Counted from the first letter of the stretch, positions 29,208-36,890 are shown. The stretch: 39,025 nucleotides of DNA from a virus (IMGVR_UViG_3300005323_000028:1-39025), one strand, 5' to 3'. Translations and numbers: made by a program. Notes: generated from the sequence alone by a model not told the origin.

Positions 29208-29265
29208 TGGGGATTGATGGATTTGAACCACCACCGATCAAAAGACCGGTATACCAAGCACCCCC
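29208..29265 (-). other. tRNA-like element lacking a D-stem
   Basis: GGGGGTG-CTTGGTAT-ACCGGTC-TTTT-GATCGGT-GGTGG-TTCAAAT-CCATC-AATCCCC-A. Confidence 0.45.
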
Positions 29266-29429
29266 AATAAAGAAGAGTAACAGGGGAAATACAATCATAC
29301 ACATGGCTTACATTATTGGCCAATGGCACGAGATGTAAACGGGGCAGAATACAAAAGTATTTCAAGAAAAAAGGCTGTCGTAAAGTTTATTTTTTGTCAG
29401 CTTTTTCTTAGCCCTGTTATTCTACTTTA

Positions 29430-29609
29430 TTATAAATTGTTAAGAGATGCAATAGTATCTATTTTATTCTTCAGATCTATAAGCTGATTATGTTTCAGAT
29501 CATTAAGATCTAGCTCTGTACCGGCCTTCTCATCTAACAGTTTACAGACTGCTAAATAGAGTAGGCCCAGCTCTCCTCTAGTTACTATTAGTTTAACTTT
29601 ATCTTCCAT
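29430..29609 (-). CDS. Hypothetical protein (59 aa; not in the ORF track)
   Basis: MEDKVKLIVTRGELGLLYLAVCKLLD...; tightly packed against its upstream neighbour. Confidence 0.55.
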   Translation of the reverse strand: MEDKVKLIVTRGELGLLYLAVCKLLDEKAGTELDLNDLKHNQLIDLKNKIDTIASLNNL

Positions 29610-29610
29610 C

Positions 29611-29748
29611 TTACTTTAAACCTTTAACTTTCTTTCTAGGTGTATCCCAATAGGGACTTTTACAATTTGGGCATACTGTCGGATATTCCGTTCTAGGTAG
29701 CCACTCATACTCACACCTCTTACATTTGAGTTTTTTTAGTTTTACCAT
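29611..29748 (-). CDS. Zn-ribbon protein (45 aa; not in the ORF track)
   Basis: MVKLKKLKCKRCEYEWLPRTEYPTVCPNCKSPYWDTPRKK; TAATG coupling. Confidence 0.75.
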   Translation of the reverse strand: MVKLKKLKCKRCEYEWLPRTEYPTVCPNCKSPYWDTPRKKVKGLK

Positions 29749-29993
29749 TATTCACTCCATTTAAAATAATAAATCGTATAGTTGTTATCCGGATGAAACT
29801 TATCTTTAAAAGTAGCTTCCGATACTCTCTGATCAGCTGTAACCACTTTTCTCTCTCCCTCACAATCAATCTCTACTACTCCATCCATCTTTGGACCATC
29901 AAAGTATTTCTTAGCTACAGCGATATAGATATGATCATCTCTTAATCCTATCTTATAACCGAACATTTTGCTTTTAGTTTTATATAGCTTCAT
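29748..29993 (-). CDS. Hypothetical protein
   Basis: 81-aa ORF coupled to both neighbours. Confidence 0.6.
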   Translation of the reverse strand: MKLYKTKSKMFGYKIGLRDDHIYIAVAKKYFDGPKMDGVVEIDCEGERKVVTADQRVSEATFKDKFHPDNNYTIYYFKWSE

Positions 29994-30241
29994 TTATTTT
30001 TAATTAATGAGTAAATACCGTAAAGAGGTAAACCGGCAATAAACAGGATAGCAAAAGCTGATAATCCAGCTATAAAGCCATATAGAGGTATAAGTAACTC
30101 TACAAAGATTATTCCTAATATAACTGTTATTGTCTCTCCGTAGTCTATGGCATTGGCTAGAAATTCAATCCATTTAATCAAGCCAACAAAGAATCCCCAA
30201 ACTATGGCGATTATTCCTATAACTTGTGCGTACTCTTTCAT
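29990..30241 (-). CDS. Membrane protein
   Basis: Two to three hydrophobic segments; GGAG upstream. Confidence 0.6.
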   Translation of the reverse strand: MKEYAQVIGIIAIVWGFFVGLIKWIEFLANAIDYGETITVILGIIFVELLIPLYGFIAGLSAFAILFIAGLPLYGIYSLIKNK

Positions 30242-30254
30242 TGTATTCTCCTAT

Positions 30255-30524
30255 TTAATTTATAAAAAAATAGCAACTGAAATTAATAATGCTAGCTAGT
30301 AAACTAAAGGCTGAAATAGATATATAGATTATCTTCCTATACTTAGGTAATAACTCCGCTATGATAATCACTAAAATTATTCCTACTATTTGGGCCGGGA
30401 TAAACAACCCCTTCTCCATTAATCCCCGGATAAAAGGATTGCCCTCAACCTCATACCCCCACTTATTAACATTAATCAGGGTAGAGTACACATCTAGTAT
30501 TCTAGTTAAGATTAAGATGATCAT
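30255..30524 (-). CDS. Membrane protein (DUF5658-like)
   Basis: LDVYST...YEVEGNPFIR motif plus transmembrane segments. Confidence 0.6.
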   Translation of the reverse strand: MIILILTRILDVYSTLINVNKWGYEVEGNPFIRGLMEKGLFIPAQIVGIILVIIIAELLPKYRKIIYISISAFSLLASIINFSCYFFIN

Positions 30525-30612
30525 TCAAAGTACCTAATTAAAGTAATAAAGAGGACCAGTTGCATTAAGACTATTCCAATCATACTTAAATAAAACCATG
30601 TTTTAGTTAGTT

Positions 30613-30900
30613 TCATTTTTCCTCCATAATTTTTAATACATCTGAGATGGCTTGGTTATATTTTTTGGTTCGTTCCCAACCTTCTCTCTCATATTCTTGA
30701 ATTGGGAATAGTTCTTTTTTTATTAACCCCTTCACCCTCTCTATCTTTTCTTCTCTCTGTTGTTGGAGGGTTTGAGAGATTAAGTCTTCTAAATCAGTTC
30801 CAAGTTGTGTCCAATAAAAATCTTTTTTATCAGCGTGTTTATTCAAGATGGTATAAAGTTTTATTATAGTTTCTACCCACTCATTGTTTGGTTTGTTCAT
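30613..30900 (-). CDS. Hypothetical protein
   Basis: 95-aa helical ORF ending YNQAISDVLK. Confidence 0.55.
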   Translation of the reverse strand: MNKPNNEWVETIIKLYTILNKHADKKDFYWTQLGTDLEDLISQTLQQQREEKIERVKGLIKKELFPIQEYEREGWERTKKYNQAISDVLKIMEEK

Positions 30901-30903
30901 AGT

Positions 30904-31083
30904 TTAATCCTTTAGATAATCTAGTAACTTACGCAAGACTTCTACTGCTGACAAGGCTTTGAAATTTAGCGTTTCCAACAATTCCAACTTTGGTTCTTTG
31001 TCATAAATTGTAACGTAATCGTTTTTAGAACCATACTTTTTGACTGTCAATTCAAATTCTATTTTTGATGAATAAGTTGCCAT
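30904..31083 (-). CDS. Hypothetical protein (59 aa; not in the ORF track)
   Basis: MATYSSKIEFELTVKKYGSKND...; fills the gap exactly. Confidence 0.55.
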   Translation of the reverse strand: MATYSSKIEFELTVKKYGSKNDYVTIYDKEPKLELLETLNFKALSAVEVLRKLLDYLKD

Positions 31084-31087
31084 ATTT

Positions 31088-31339
31088 CTATTTAACTTTT
31101 AAATGATCAATAGTTTTTTTAACCTGTTCTTTTGGTGTTGTAAAACCAATATCCTCATTTTCAAATCTTTCTTTAGCTTCTTCAATGTCAACCAACCTAC
31201 TCAATTTAAGACCTTCACTATACCAATTACCATTAAAATTAAACAAATAAAGCATTTGATATTTATTACCGACAACAATTACTGAAATATCTTTATAAAC
31301 AAAATCTGTTATTTTTACTACATATTTATTTAATTTCAT
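31088..31339 (-). CDS. Hypothetical protein
   Basis: 83-aa ORF. Confidence 0.55.
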   Translation of the reverse strand: MKLNKYVVKITDFVYKDISVIVVGNKYQMLYLFNFNGNWYSEGLKLSRLVDIEEAKERFENEDIGFTTPKEQVKKTIDHLKVK

Positions 31340-31514
31340 ATTTCTATTTAATTTTTAATAGGTGAGCTGGGGGTAATGGGAGATTGCTAAGGAGTTTCAT
31401 TAACTGCTTGCCTTATTCTTTGTATTCGGCAAATCCCCACTACCCCTTTGCTCATATAGTTATTTTAAATTTTTAATTCCTCATTCGGACCGGGAATTCC
31501 GGTCCTATCAAGAA

Positions 31515-32387
31515 TCAAAACATTCGGTTTCCATCCTCATCCAGTATAAAATCTTCAACTACATTCCCTTGATTGTCTATCATGGGATCACTACCACTTT
31601 TAACTGTTTGAATATTATCTTCGGTACTTCTAGCTGATATAAGAGATTCTATGGTCGTTTCTACTGATTCAACCATATCTCTTAAAAAGACAAACTCTCC
31701 CTGATCAGTTATCAGTTTTGGTAAGTGATTCTCATCTCTTATTACTTCAAAATCTACTACATAAGATGAACCATAAGAATGACTAACTTTAGCGGTACTC
31801 AACTTAACCGATAAAGCAAACATAGGGATTCCCACCGGTTTCATATTCGTATACTTATTTATCTCTTTACCAAATTCCCATAGCCTGGATAGTTTAAGAC
31901 CGGTAAAATACATAACAAATGGTTTATAGTTTTTACCATCTACTATTACTCCACCCATTATCTGATTAAACTGATCCTTTCCCTTAGTACCAGTCTTTGA
32001 ATCAACCATACCTTCAGCCCTGAATCCACGACTGACAGATAAGATATGACAAACCGGATTCTGAAATTCCTCTTGATTAACAGTTAAGAAAAACCAGCCA
32101 TCATGCGGTTCTCCGCCATTAACTAGCTCATTCTTTAAGCTCTTGTTAGCAGTATGAATTTTAAGCATAGGTAAAGATCCGGATAGATTCTCTGAACCTA
32201 ACTTAGCTGATTCTCCATACATCTTCATCATCTCGGAACTTTGTTTTAAGACGGCTAGTGGACCTACCATAGCTTCTTTAGTAGTAGGTTCTGATTTCTC
32301 TTCCATCTTTTCTTCTTTAACTTCACCTTTAAGCTTTTGACTAGCTTCTCTTAATTTCTCATATGAGCTTTTAGTTTTATCATCCAT
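31515..32387 (-). CDS. Putative ssDNA-binding/recombination protein
   Basis: Beta-rich core and an acidic C-terminal tail ending in Phe (EDFILDEDGNRMF), as in phage SSBs. Confidence 0.5.
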   Translation of the reverse strand: MDDKTKSSYEKLREASQKLKGEVKEEKMEEKSEPTTKEAMVGPLAVLKQSSEMMKMYGESAKLGSENLSGSLPMLKIHTANKSLKNELVNGGEPHDGWFFLTVNQEEFQNPVCHILSVSRGFRAEGMVDSKTGTKGKDQFNQIMGGVIVDGKNYKPFVMYFTGLKLSRLWEFGKEINKYTNMKPVGIPMFALSVKLSTAKVSHSYGSSYVVDFEVIRDENHLPKLITDQGEFVFLRDMVESVETTIESLISARSTEDNIQTVKSGSDPMIDNQGNVVEDFILDEDGNRMF

Positions 32388-32388
32388 T

Positions 32389-32574
32389 TTATTCTTCCTT
32401 TTTTGAATTTTTAATATTTTTTAACATTTCTTCCGGACCTTCAATTAGATCCTTTAATTCAAACTTTTTCTTCTTGGCTTCGGCTAGATACTCCATCATC
32501 ATCCAATAAAGCATAATGGAACTCATTACTAATACAAATATTAAGTATAGGAATAATTGCCATGTCATATTCAT
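32389..32574 (-). CDS. Single-pass membrane protein
   Basis: N-terminal hydrophobic helix and charged tail. Confidence 0.55.
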   Translation of the reverse strand: MNMTWQLFLYLIFVLVMSSIMLYWMMMEYLAEAKKKKFELKDLIEGPEEMLKNIKNSKKEE

Positions 32575-32738
32575 ATCCCGGATTGAATTAGTAATAAGAA
32601 TCCGTAATACCAGAAAACTACAAACATACCGATAACTGCTGCTGCTGGTTTACTGCTTGATAGACCAGTAACTAAAGACAAAGCGGCTGATAAATACCAG
32701 ATAATCGGTGTCATTAAAATGGTTGCTAGAATTATCAT
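32571..32738 (-). CDS. Small two-helix membrane protein (55 aa; not in the ORF track)
   Basis: MIILATILMTPIIWYLSAALSLVTGLSSKPAAAVIGMFVVFWYYGFLLLIQSGI; ATGA overlap with the next gene. Confidence 0.55.
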   Translation of the reverse strand: MIILATILMTPIIWYLSAALSLVTGLSSSKPAAAVIGMFVVFWYYGFLLLIQSGI

Positions 32739-32873
32739 ATAAGGTTTTTCCTTTGTATGAATTAATAATCACCTGCTTAGAAGAAAAGAGTAATTAGCCT
32801 AATAGACGATTACCCTATTCTCTTCCAAGCACACAATCAGTAGCAGATACCAGTCTAGCGGAAAGGAGTAAAT

Positions 32874-33044
32874 ATGATTTTACGAATAAAAGAAGTAGAT
32901 AAAGATTTAATTTTATCGGCTTTGGATACTAGAATAAAACAGTTAAACAAGATGATGGCCGAAAGAACTGATGAATATTACACAAACATCATTTCAAATA
33001 AAATTGAAATTCTTAAAAAGTATTACAGTTTAATTAATAAATAA
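32874..33044 (+). CDS. Hypothetical protein (56 aa; not in the ORF track)
   Basis: Strong SD AAAGGAG-N5-ATG; MILRIKEVDKDLILSALDTRIKQLNK... Confidence 0.6.
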   Translation: MILRIKEVDKDLILSALDTRIKQLNKMMAERTDEYYTNIISNKIEILKKYYSLINK

Positions 33045-33045
33045 G

Positions 33046-33258
33046 ATGAGACACATTACCGCTAGTATAGAGAATGAGTTTGCCGATATGTTGAGAAGAA
33101 ACTTAACATATATTACTGTTGATGGTTACGACGCTTCCAAAGTTCATGGAGCAATCGTATCCGACACAATGGACATACTCAAGAAACACGATTTTAAGTT
33201 TGATGAGGAAAAATTTATTGATTTAGTTTATAAATTTTATCCTGAACAAACACGTTAA
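33046..33258 (+). CDS. Hypothetical protein
   Basis: Starts 1 nt after the previous stop; ends with a KFDEEKFIDLVY motif. Confidence 0.6.
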   Translation: MRHITASIENEFADMLRRNLTYITVDGYDASKVHGAIVSDTMDILKKHDFKFDEEKFIDLVYKFYPEQTR

Positions 33259-33361
33259 AAACTAGCCTATTTTATAGGCATATTAATAAGTTATAAACCG
33301 TCTAGGCTGATATATGCTACTGATTGTTAAAGTGCTTCGTGTTCCTTCCTGCTTACTTATG

Positions 33362-33389
33362 ATTATAGACTATCTTCATATAGTGTCAA
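33362..33389 (-). promoter_or_regulatory. Consensus sigma70 promoter for the leftward early operon
   Basis: TTGACA-16 nt-TATAAT on the minus strand. Confidence 0.75.
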
Positions 33390-33430
33390 TAAGATCTTTA
33401 CTCAAAATTCTACTTCAAACCCAGTCAAAT

Positions 33431-33700
33431 TCACCGCAGTCGCTTAAAAACAGATTCTCTCAATTCTTTATCATGTTCTACTTTCTGATGGCAATTCATA
33501 CAAGCAAGGACCACCTCTTTCTGATCCGTCAATTCTTCAATGCTGTTGTAGTGTCTCCGGTTTTTTCTATGACACCAAGTCAAATAATGCTGATGGCAAC
33601 AGCCACCCAAACCTATCTCACACCACCTAATACCTAATTTCTCATACCTTTTTTTCAGGATCTCGTTTACCTTCTTATTCCAATCGGTTCTCTTTCCCAT
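33431..33700 (-). CDS. Small HNH-like Zn-binding nuclease
   Basis: WCEI..C...CHRKNRRH...LACMNCHQKVE. Confidence 0.65.
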   Translation of the reverse strand: MGKRTDWNKKVNEILKKRYEKLGIRWCEIGLGGCCHQHYLTWCHRKNRRHYNSIEELTDQKEVVLACMNCHQKVEHDKELRESVFKRLR

Positions 33701-33715
33701 ATATAATTATATATC

Positions 33716-33786
33716 GCCTCTTTAGCTCAATGGTAGAGCAAGGGTTTTGTAAACCTTAGATATTGGTCCGATTCCAGTAAGAGGCT
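33716..33786 (+). tRNA. tRNA-Thr(UGU)
   Basis: Acceptor GCCTCTT/AAGAGGC, D-arm GCTC-AATGGTA-GAGC, anticodon arm AGGGT-TTTGTAA-ACCTT, T-arm ATTGG-TCCGATT-CCAGT; CCA not encoded. Confidence 0.85.
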
Positions 33787-33979
33787 CAAACTTTATTTAC
33801 TATCGCTTTATATAAAAATATATCACCAAGGATAGATTTTAGATTTCTTATTGGGTGATAAGTTTGTCGTTTCTAATACGTCTTATCTTCGGCCACTCTC
33901 TCTAGTAGTCCCTTGGTTATTCTTTCTACTAGGCGGTGTGGGTTGCAGCCTTTTAACCTTTGCCCCACTCTCAATCACC

Positions 33980-34255
33980 TTAGGTGAGTTTTGAGTTCCT
34001 TGCTTCGCTATCGGTTTTATGGCTTTCCGTTGCCCTATGTTTAGCGACCTGCCGGTTGGTAACATCTAACTTTAAGTTAGCAATATTATTTCCATAATAG
34101 TTAGAATCAAAAATAGTTTCCGGGGAAAAGATCTTCCCCTCAAAGCGAATTTCTTTATCAGTTAGCTTTAAAACAAAGGTCTGTAGGGTTATATCATTCC
34201 AAAAAAATCCCCTATCTACTTGCGGGGATTGTGGTTTTTGAGTTATAATTTTCAT
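33980..34255 (-). CDS. Hypothetical protein
   Basis: ATG start MKIITQKPQ, downstream of a TTGACA-18-TATAGT promoter. Confidence 0.45.
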   Translation of the reverse strand: MKIITQKPQSPQVDRGFFWNDITLQTFVLKLTDKEIRFEGKIFSPETIFDSNYYGNNIANLKLDVTNRQVAKHRATESHKTDSEARNSKLT

Positions 34256-34278
34256 AGTTTTATGTCTCAACAAAAACT

Positions 34279-34322
34279 ATACCTCTTGTTACAGTTCGCT
34301 GTCAAGAGGTATTTCTTTTTTT
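34279..34322. terminator. Probable bidirectional terminator overlapping a minus-strand promoter
   Basis: ATACCTCTTG-TT-ACAG-TTCG-CTGT-CAAGAGGTAT followed by a T-rich run on plus and a shorter T run on minus. Confidence 0.6.
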
Positions 34323-34330
34323 ATATCTAA

Positions 34331-34603
34331 TTATCTTCTTCTTCGCTTTTTCTTCTTCTTATTAGTATCGTGGTGGTAGTGTTCTACTAAGTCTACTCGT
34401 CTATGTAATTCTGCATGTTGTTCTTTTCTCAAGGGAATTAGGTTACTCACTTGATTGACATCAAAATCTCTCATTAAGCCTTTCTTTACGTCTCTTTTGA
34501 ATACTATGTGGTGGATATTGTATCGCCTATCATTCGGTTCAATCCCATATATCTCATACACTCTGGCGTAATTCTTCTTAATACTTTCTTTACCCATAGA
34601 CAT
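34331..34603 (-). CDS. HNH-like protein with basic tail
   Basis: NIHHIVFK...SNLIPL..EQHAELH; ends KKKKKRRRR. Confidence 0.7.
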   Translation of the reverse strand: MSMGKESIKKNYARVYEIYGIEPNDRRYNIHHIVFKRDVKKGLMRDFDVNQVSNLIPLRKEQHAELHRRVDLVEHYHHDTNKKKKKRRRR

Positions 34604-34856
34604 TATCAGGAAAAGTAACCTCTTGTTTTGGATTAAAAACTATCAAGACATTGCCTGATTCTTTGGAAACTTGCATGGCAATTCCCCAACCCATTAAAAG
34701 TGAAGCTCTATTATTACAACCCCAAAAAACATGTTCTATTTGTTCACTGGGAATAATTTTAGTTACATCTGTAAGAGGTTTTAATCTAGCCACCACAAAT
34801 TCACCCAAGGGAATAGACTCTGATTCAGAAAATAAAAAATCAAGGTTTTCTTTCAC
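34590..34856 (-). CDS. Hypothetical protein
   Basis: GGAGG upstream of a GTG start; overlaps neighbours. Confidence 0.55.
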   Translation of the reverse strand: MKENLDFLFSESESIPLGEFVVARLKPLTDVTKIIPSEQIEHVFWGCNNRASLLMGWGIAMQVSKESGNVLIVFNPKQEVTFPDNVYG

Positions 34857-35058
34857 TAGTATTCCTCCTTGTTATCTCTTTTTGGAAATGAAGTAGTGGT
34901 AGGCAAGTTTCTTTCTCATCTCCACAATGTAGGATTCTCCCCATTGCCAAAACTCCATTAATGACCGCCTCTAGTTCCTCGTCTGTCATATACCCTCCAA
35001 CACAATCTACAATTGTTTTACTCTCTGGCATACAGTAGTTACAGCGTTCTGACTTCAT
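34840..35058 (-). CDS. Hypothetical Cys-containing protein
   Basis: CNYC...C...HC...C; ATGA overlap with the phosphoesterase gene. Confidence 0.55.
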   Translation of the reverse strand: MKSERCNYCMPESKTIVDCVGGYMTDEELEAVINGVLAMGRILHCGDEKETCLPLLHFQKEITRRNTSERKP

Positions 35059-35987
35059 AGTAAAAATTCCCTAGCTGTAACCATATCTTTAAATAATTGC
35101 AACTTTCTTTTATCGGGCCATAGAGCTACCGCCCAACCCGGACTTCCGGATCTACCCCCAATTCCATGTTTACGAGCAAAGACATCGGTATCTTTGTAAG
35201 TTCCCCCGATACAGGCTATCCTTTCCTTTCCCCCTTTCTCAAAATGTAAACCTTCCGATTGATGGGTATGGCCTAAAAAAACTATATCGGCATCAGGATA
35301 CTCAAAATCTAGGAATCGCTTACAGGCGTTAGTAGGATTCAACTTACTCGTTCCCCAATATTTATGAGTTAGAGCCAAATCGTACGTCTGTGAGCCGTTA
35401 ACAATATGTAGTAAGCCTCCTGAAGTGAATATCGGGCAATCAAAATCACCTAAAAAACTTTCATACCAATCTTGACCAGCATTAAAACCAAAATCATTGT
35501 GGTTACCAAAACCTAAAACTCCAATTTTTCCTTTTTTATCTAACTCTTTATATTTTCCAGCTAAAGCCCTAGAAACTGTTTGTGGAGGAACTGGATTTTC
35601 CATCATACCATTGGCCCATTTACCTGAAGCATTAAAATTGTCTACATCATCACCATTAAAAACAGCATACATATTCGGGGTATTTTCAATAATATCTAAA
35701 TGTTCTCTAAACAAATCAACATTACTTCTATTTGAACCAAAGTGTGGATCGGTAATTAAAGCAATAACAATCGGTTTATCCCCATTAGATGGCACAATCC
35801 AAGTGGCTTCTCGTTGACCAATATCAAATTTTTCTTCAACCTTTCTACTTCTACTAATAACATCTGATACAGCATCAAATGATATTTCTCTTTTCTTTTT
35901 ATCTGGAAAAGCCAACCTTTTTTTAATCTCGTTATCACTAATAAAACTACTTTCATCTTTACCCATGAAGATCCCAAATTCTTTCAT
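35055..35987 (-). CDS. Calcineurin-like metallophosphoesterase
   Basis: DPHFG, NGDDVD, GNHN, THKY and GHTH motifs in canonical order. Confidence 0.9.
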   Translation of the reverse strand: MKEFGIFMGKDESSFISDNEIKKRLAFPDKKKREISFDAVSDVISRSRKVEEKFDIGQREATWIVPSNGDKPIVIALITDPHFGSNRSNVDLFREHLDIIENTPNMYAVFNGDDVDNFNASGKWANGMMENPVPPQTVSRALAGKYKELDKKGKIGVLGFGNHNDFGFNAGQDWYESFLGDFDCPIFTSGGLLHIVNGSQTYDLALTHKYWGTSKLNPTNACKRFLDFEYPDADIVFLGHTHQSEGLHFEKGGKERIACIGGTYKDTDVFARKHGIGGRSGSPGWAVALWPDKRKLQLFKDMVTAREFLL

Positions 35988-36087
35988 ACTTATAATTATA
36001 GGTAGTTTGAAAAGTGAAAGACATTATGTAATCTGGATTCTTAAAAATGTATAATTAAGATAGCGACTAATAAATTTCCCCTATTTT

Positions 36088-36117
36088 TTGACACTAACTC
36101 TATACTTATAGTATAAT
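36088..36117 (+). promoter_or_regulatory. Consensus sigma70 promoter (plus strand)
   Basis: TTGACA-18 nt-TATAAT. Confidence 0.7.
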
Positions 36118-36123
36118 ATCAGT

Positions 36124-36216
36124 ATGATAGGGTAGCTCCTCTATCACACAAAAGACCGCCAAAGTCGTTGCAGAAAACGCAACACGCTGCTCAAGCTCAC
36201 TTAGCGGTCTTTTTTA
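36124..36216 (+). ncRNA. Candidate ~90-nt structured small RNA
   Basis: Follows the consensus promoter; no ORF; stems TGATAG/CTATCA and AAAAGACCGC/GCGGTCTTTT, the latter enclosing GTTGC/GCAAC; ends in a T run. Confidence 0.5.
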
Positions 36217-36223
36217 TGTACCT

Positions 36224-36544
36224 TTAAAAAGGTAATACTCCACCTGACTTATCTGACCTCGGATGTTCTTGTTTGAAATTAAGGTGTCTTAACTTGTCAA
36301 TATAGCTTAACAAGAAGGCCAAAGAGGTGGTAAATAACATTCGGGCCGGTATGACATACTCTAGTACCCAAACTCTCACCTTGAGGCTCTCCGGCACGCT
36401 AGCGGCTTGATTAAGTAACTGGCTAGCAATATCTGAAACAATAAAGAATATTACTAATCTAACAATGGACTTGAATGAATGCCATTGAGGATCAGTAAAC
36501 AAGTACCTAAACCACAAACTAAATTCTCTTATTTTTTCTTTCAT
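36224..36544 (-). CDS. Membrane protein (holin candidate)
   Basis: Two hydrophobic segments; located in the lysis block. Confidence 0.55.
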   Translation of the reverse strand: MKEKIREFSLWFRYLFTDPQWHSFKSIVRLVIFFIVSDIASQLLNQAASVPESLKVRVWVLEYVIPARMLFTTSLAFLLSYIDKLRHLNFKQEHPRSDKSGGVLPF

Positions 36545-36548
36545 AATT

Positions 36549-36890
36549 TTAACAATGTTCCGGATGAGCTTTTTTGGTAACTAGTACTCCAAGCCACATC
36601 CCTAATAAATAAAATAAGGTAACTAATAAAACAGTTGATATACCCGCAAATGGATTGTGAATTCTCTCCACCCCATCAATTAGTGATGGATAGATTCTTT
36701 CAGTTGTAACTGCGACAATCATAAAGACATAAGCCAGCATGGAAAGCATGAACTTTTTAATCTCCTGTACGCAACCATCATAGACAACTGAACCAACAAA
36801 AATACCGATAATTACCGTTACTGCCATTGATGGCCAAAAGAACGGATCGGCAATAACATAGAGTAAAGAATTTACAAAGGTTGAAATCAT
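36549..36890 (-). CDS. Three-TM membrane protein
   Basis: Three hydrophobic helices; located in the lysis block. Confidence 0.6.
   Translation of the reverse strand: MISTFVNSLLYVIADPFFWPSMAVTVIIGIFVGSVVYDGCVQEIKKFMLSMLAYVFMIVAVTTERIYPSLIDGVERIHNPFAGISTVLLVTLFYLLGMWLGVLVTKKAHPEHC

Larger units (their letters stand above)
32833..33327. repeat. 26-bp imperfect inverted repeats (32833-32858 / 33302-33327) flanking a plus-strand two-ORF cassette
   Basis: ACAATCAGTAGCAGATACCAGTCTAG versus reverse complement ACAATCAGTAGCATATATCAGCCTAG; 23/26 match, outer 13 bp perfect. Confidence 0.85.

Noticed and set aside
29208-29265. Bona fide tmRNA or functional tRNA
   Set aside because: There is no tag reading frame, no G3-U70 pair and no 7-nt anticodon loop; it is kept only as a tRNA-like element.
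9837-35977. Other overlapping or antisense track ORFs (9837, 10193, 19747, 20649, 23614, 24766, 25644, 26071, 28116, 31103, 33314, 33883, 34651, 35497, 35756)
   Set aside because: Each overlaps a better-supported gene and shows no recognisable motifs or start signals.
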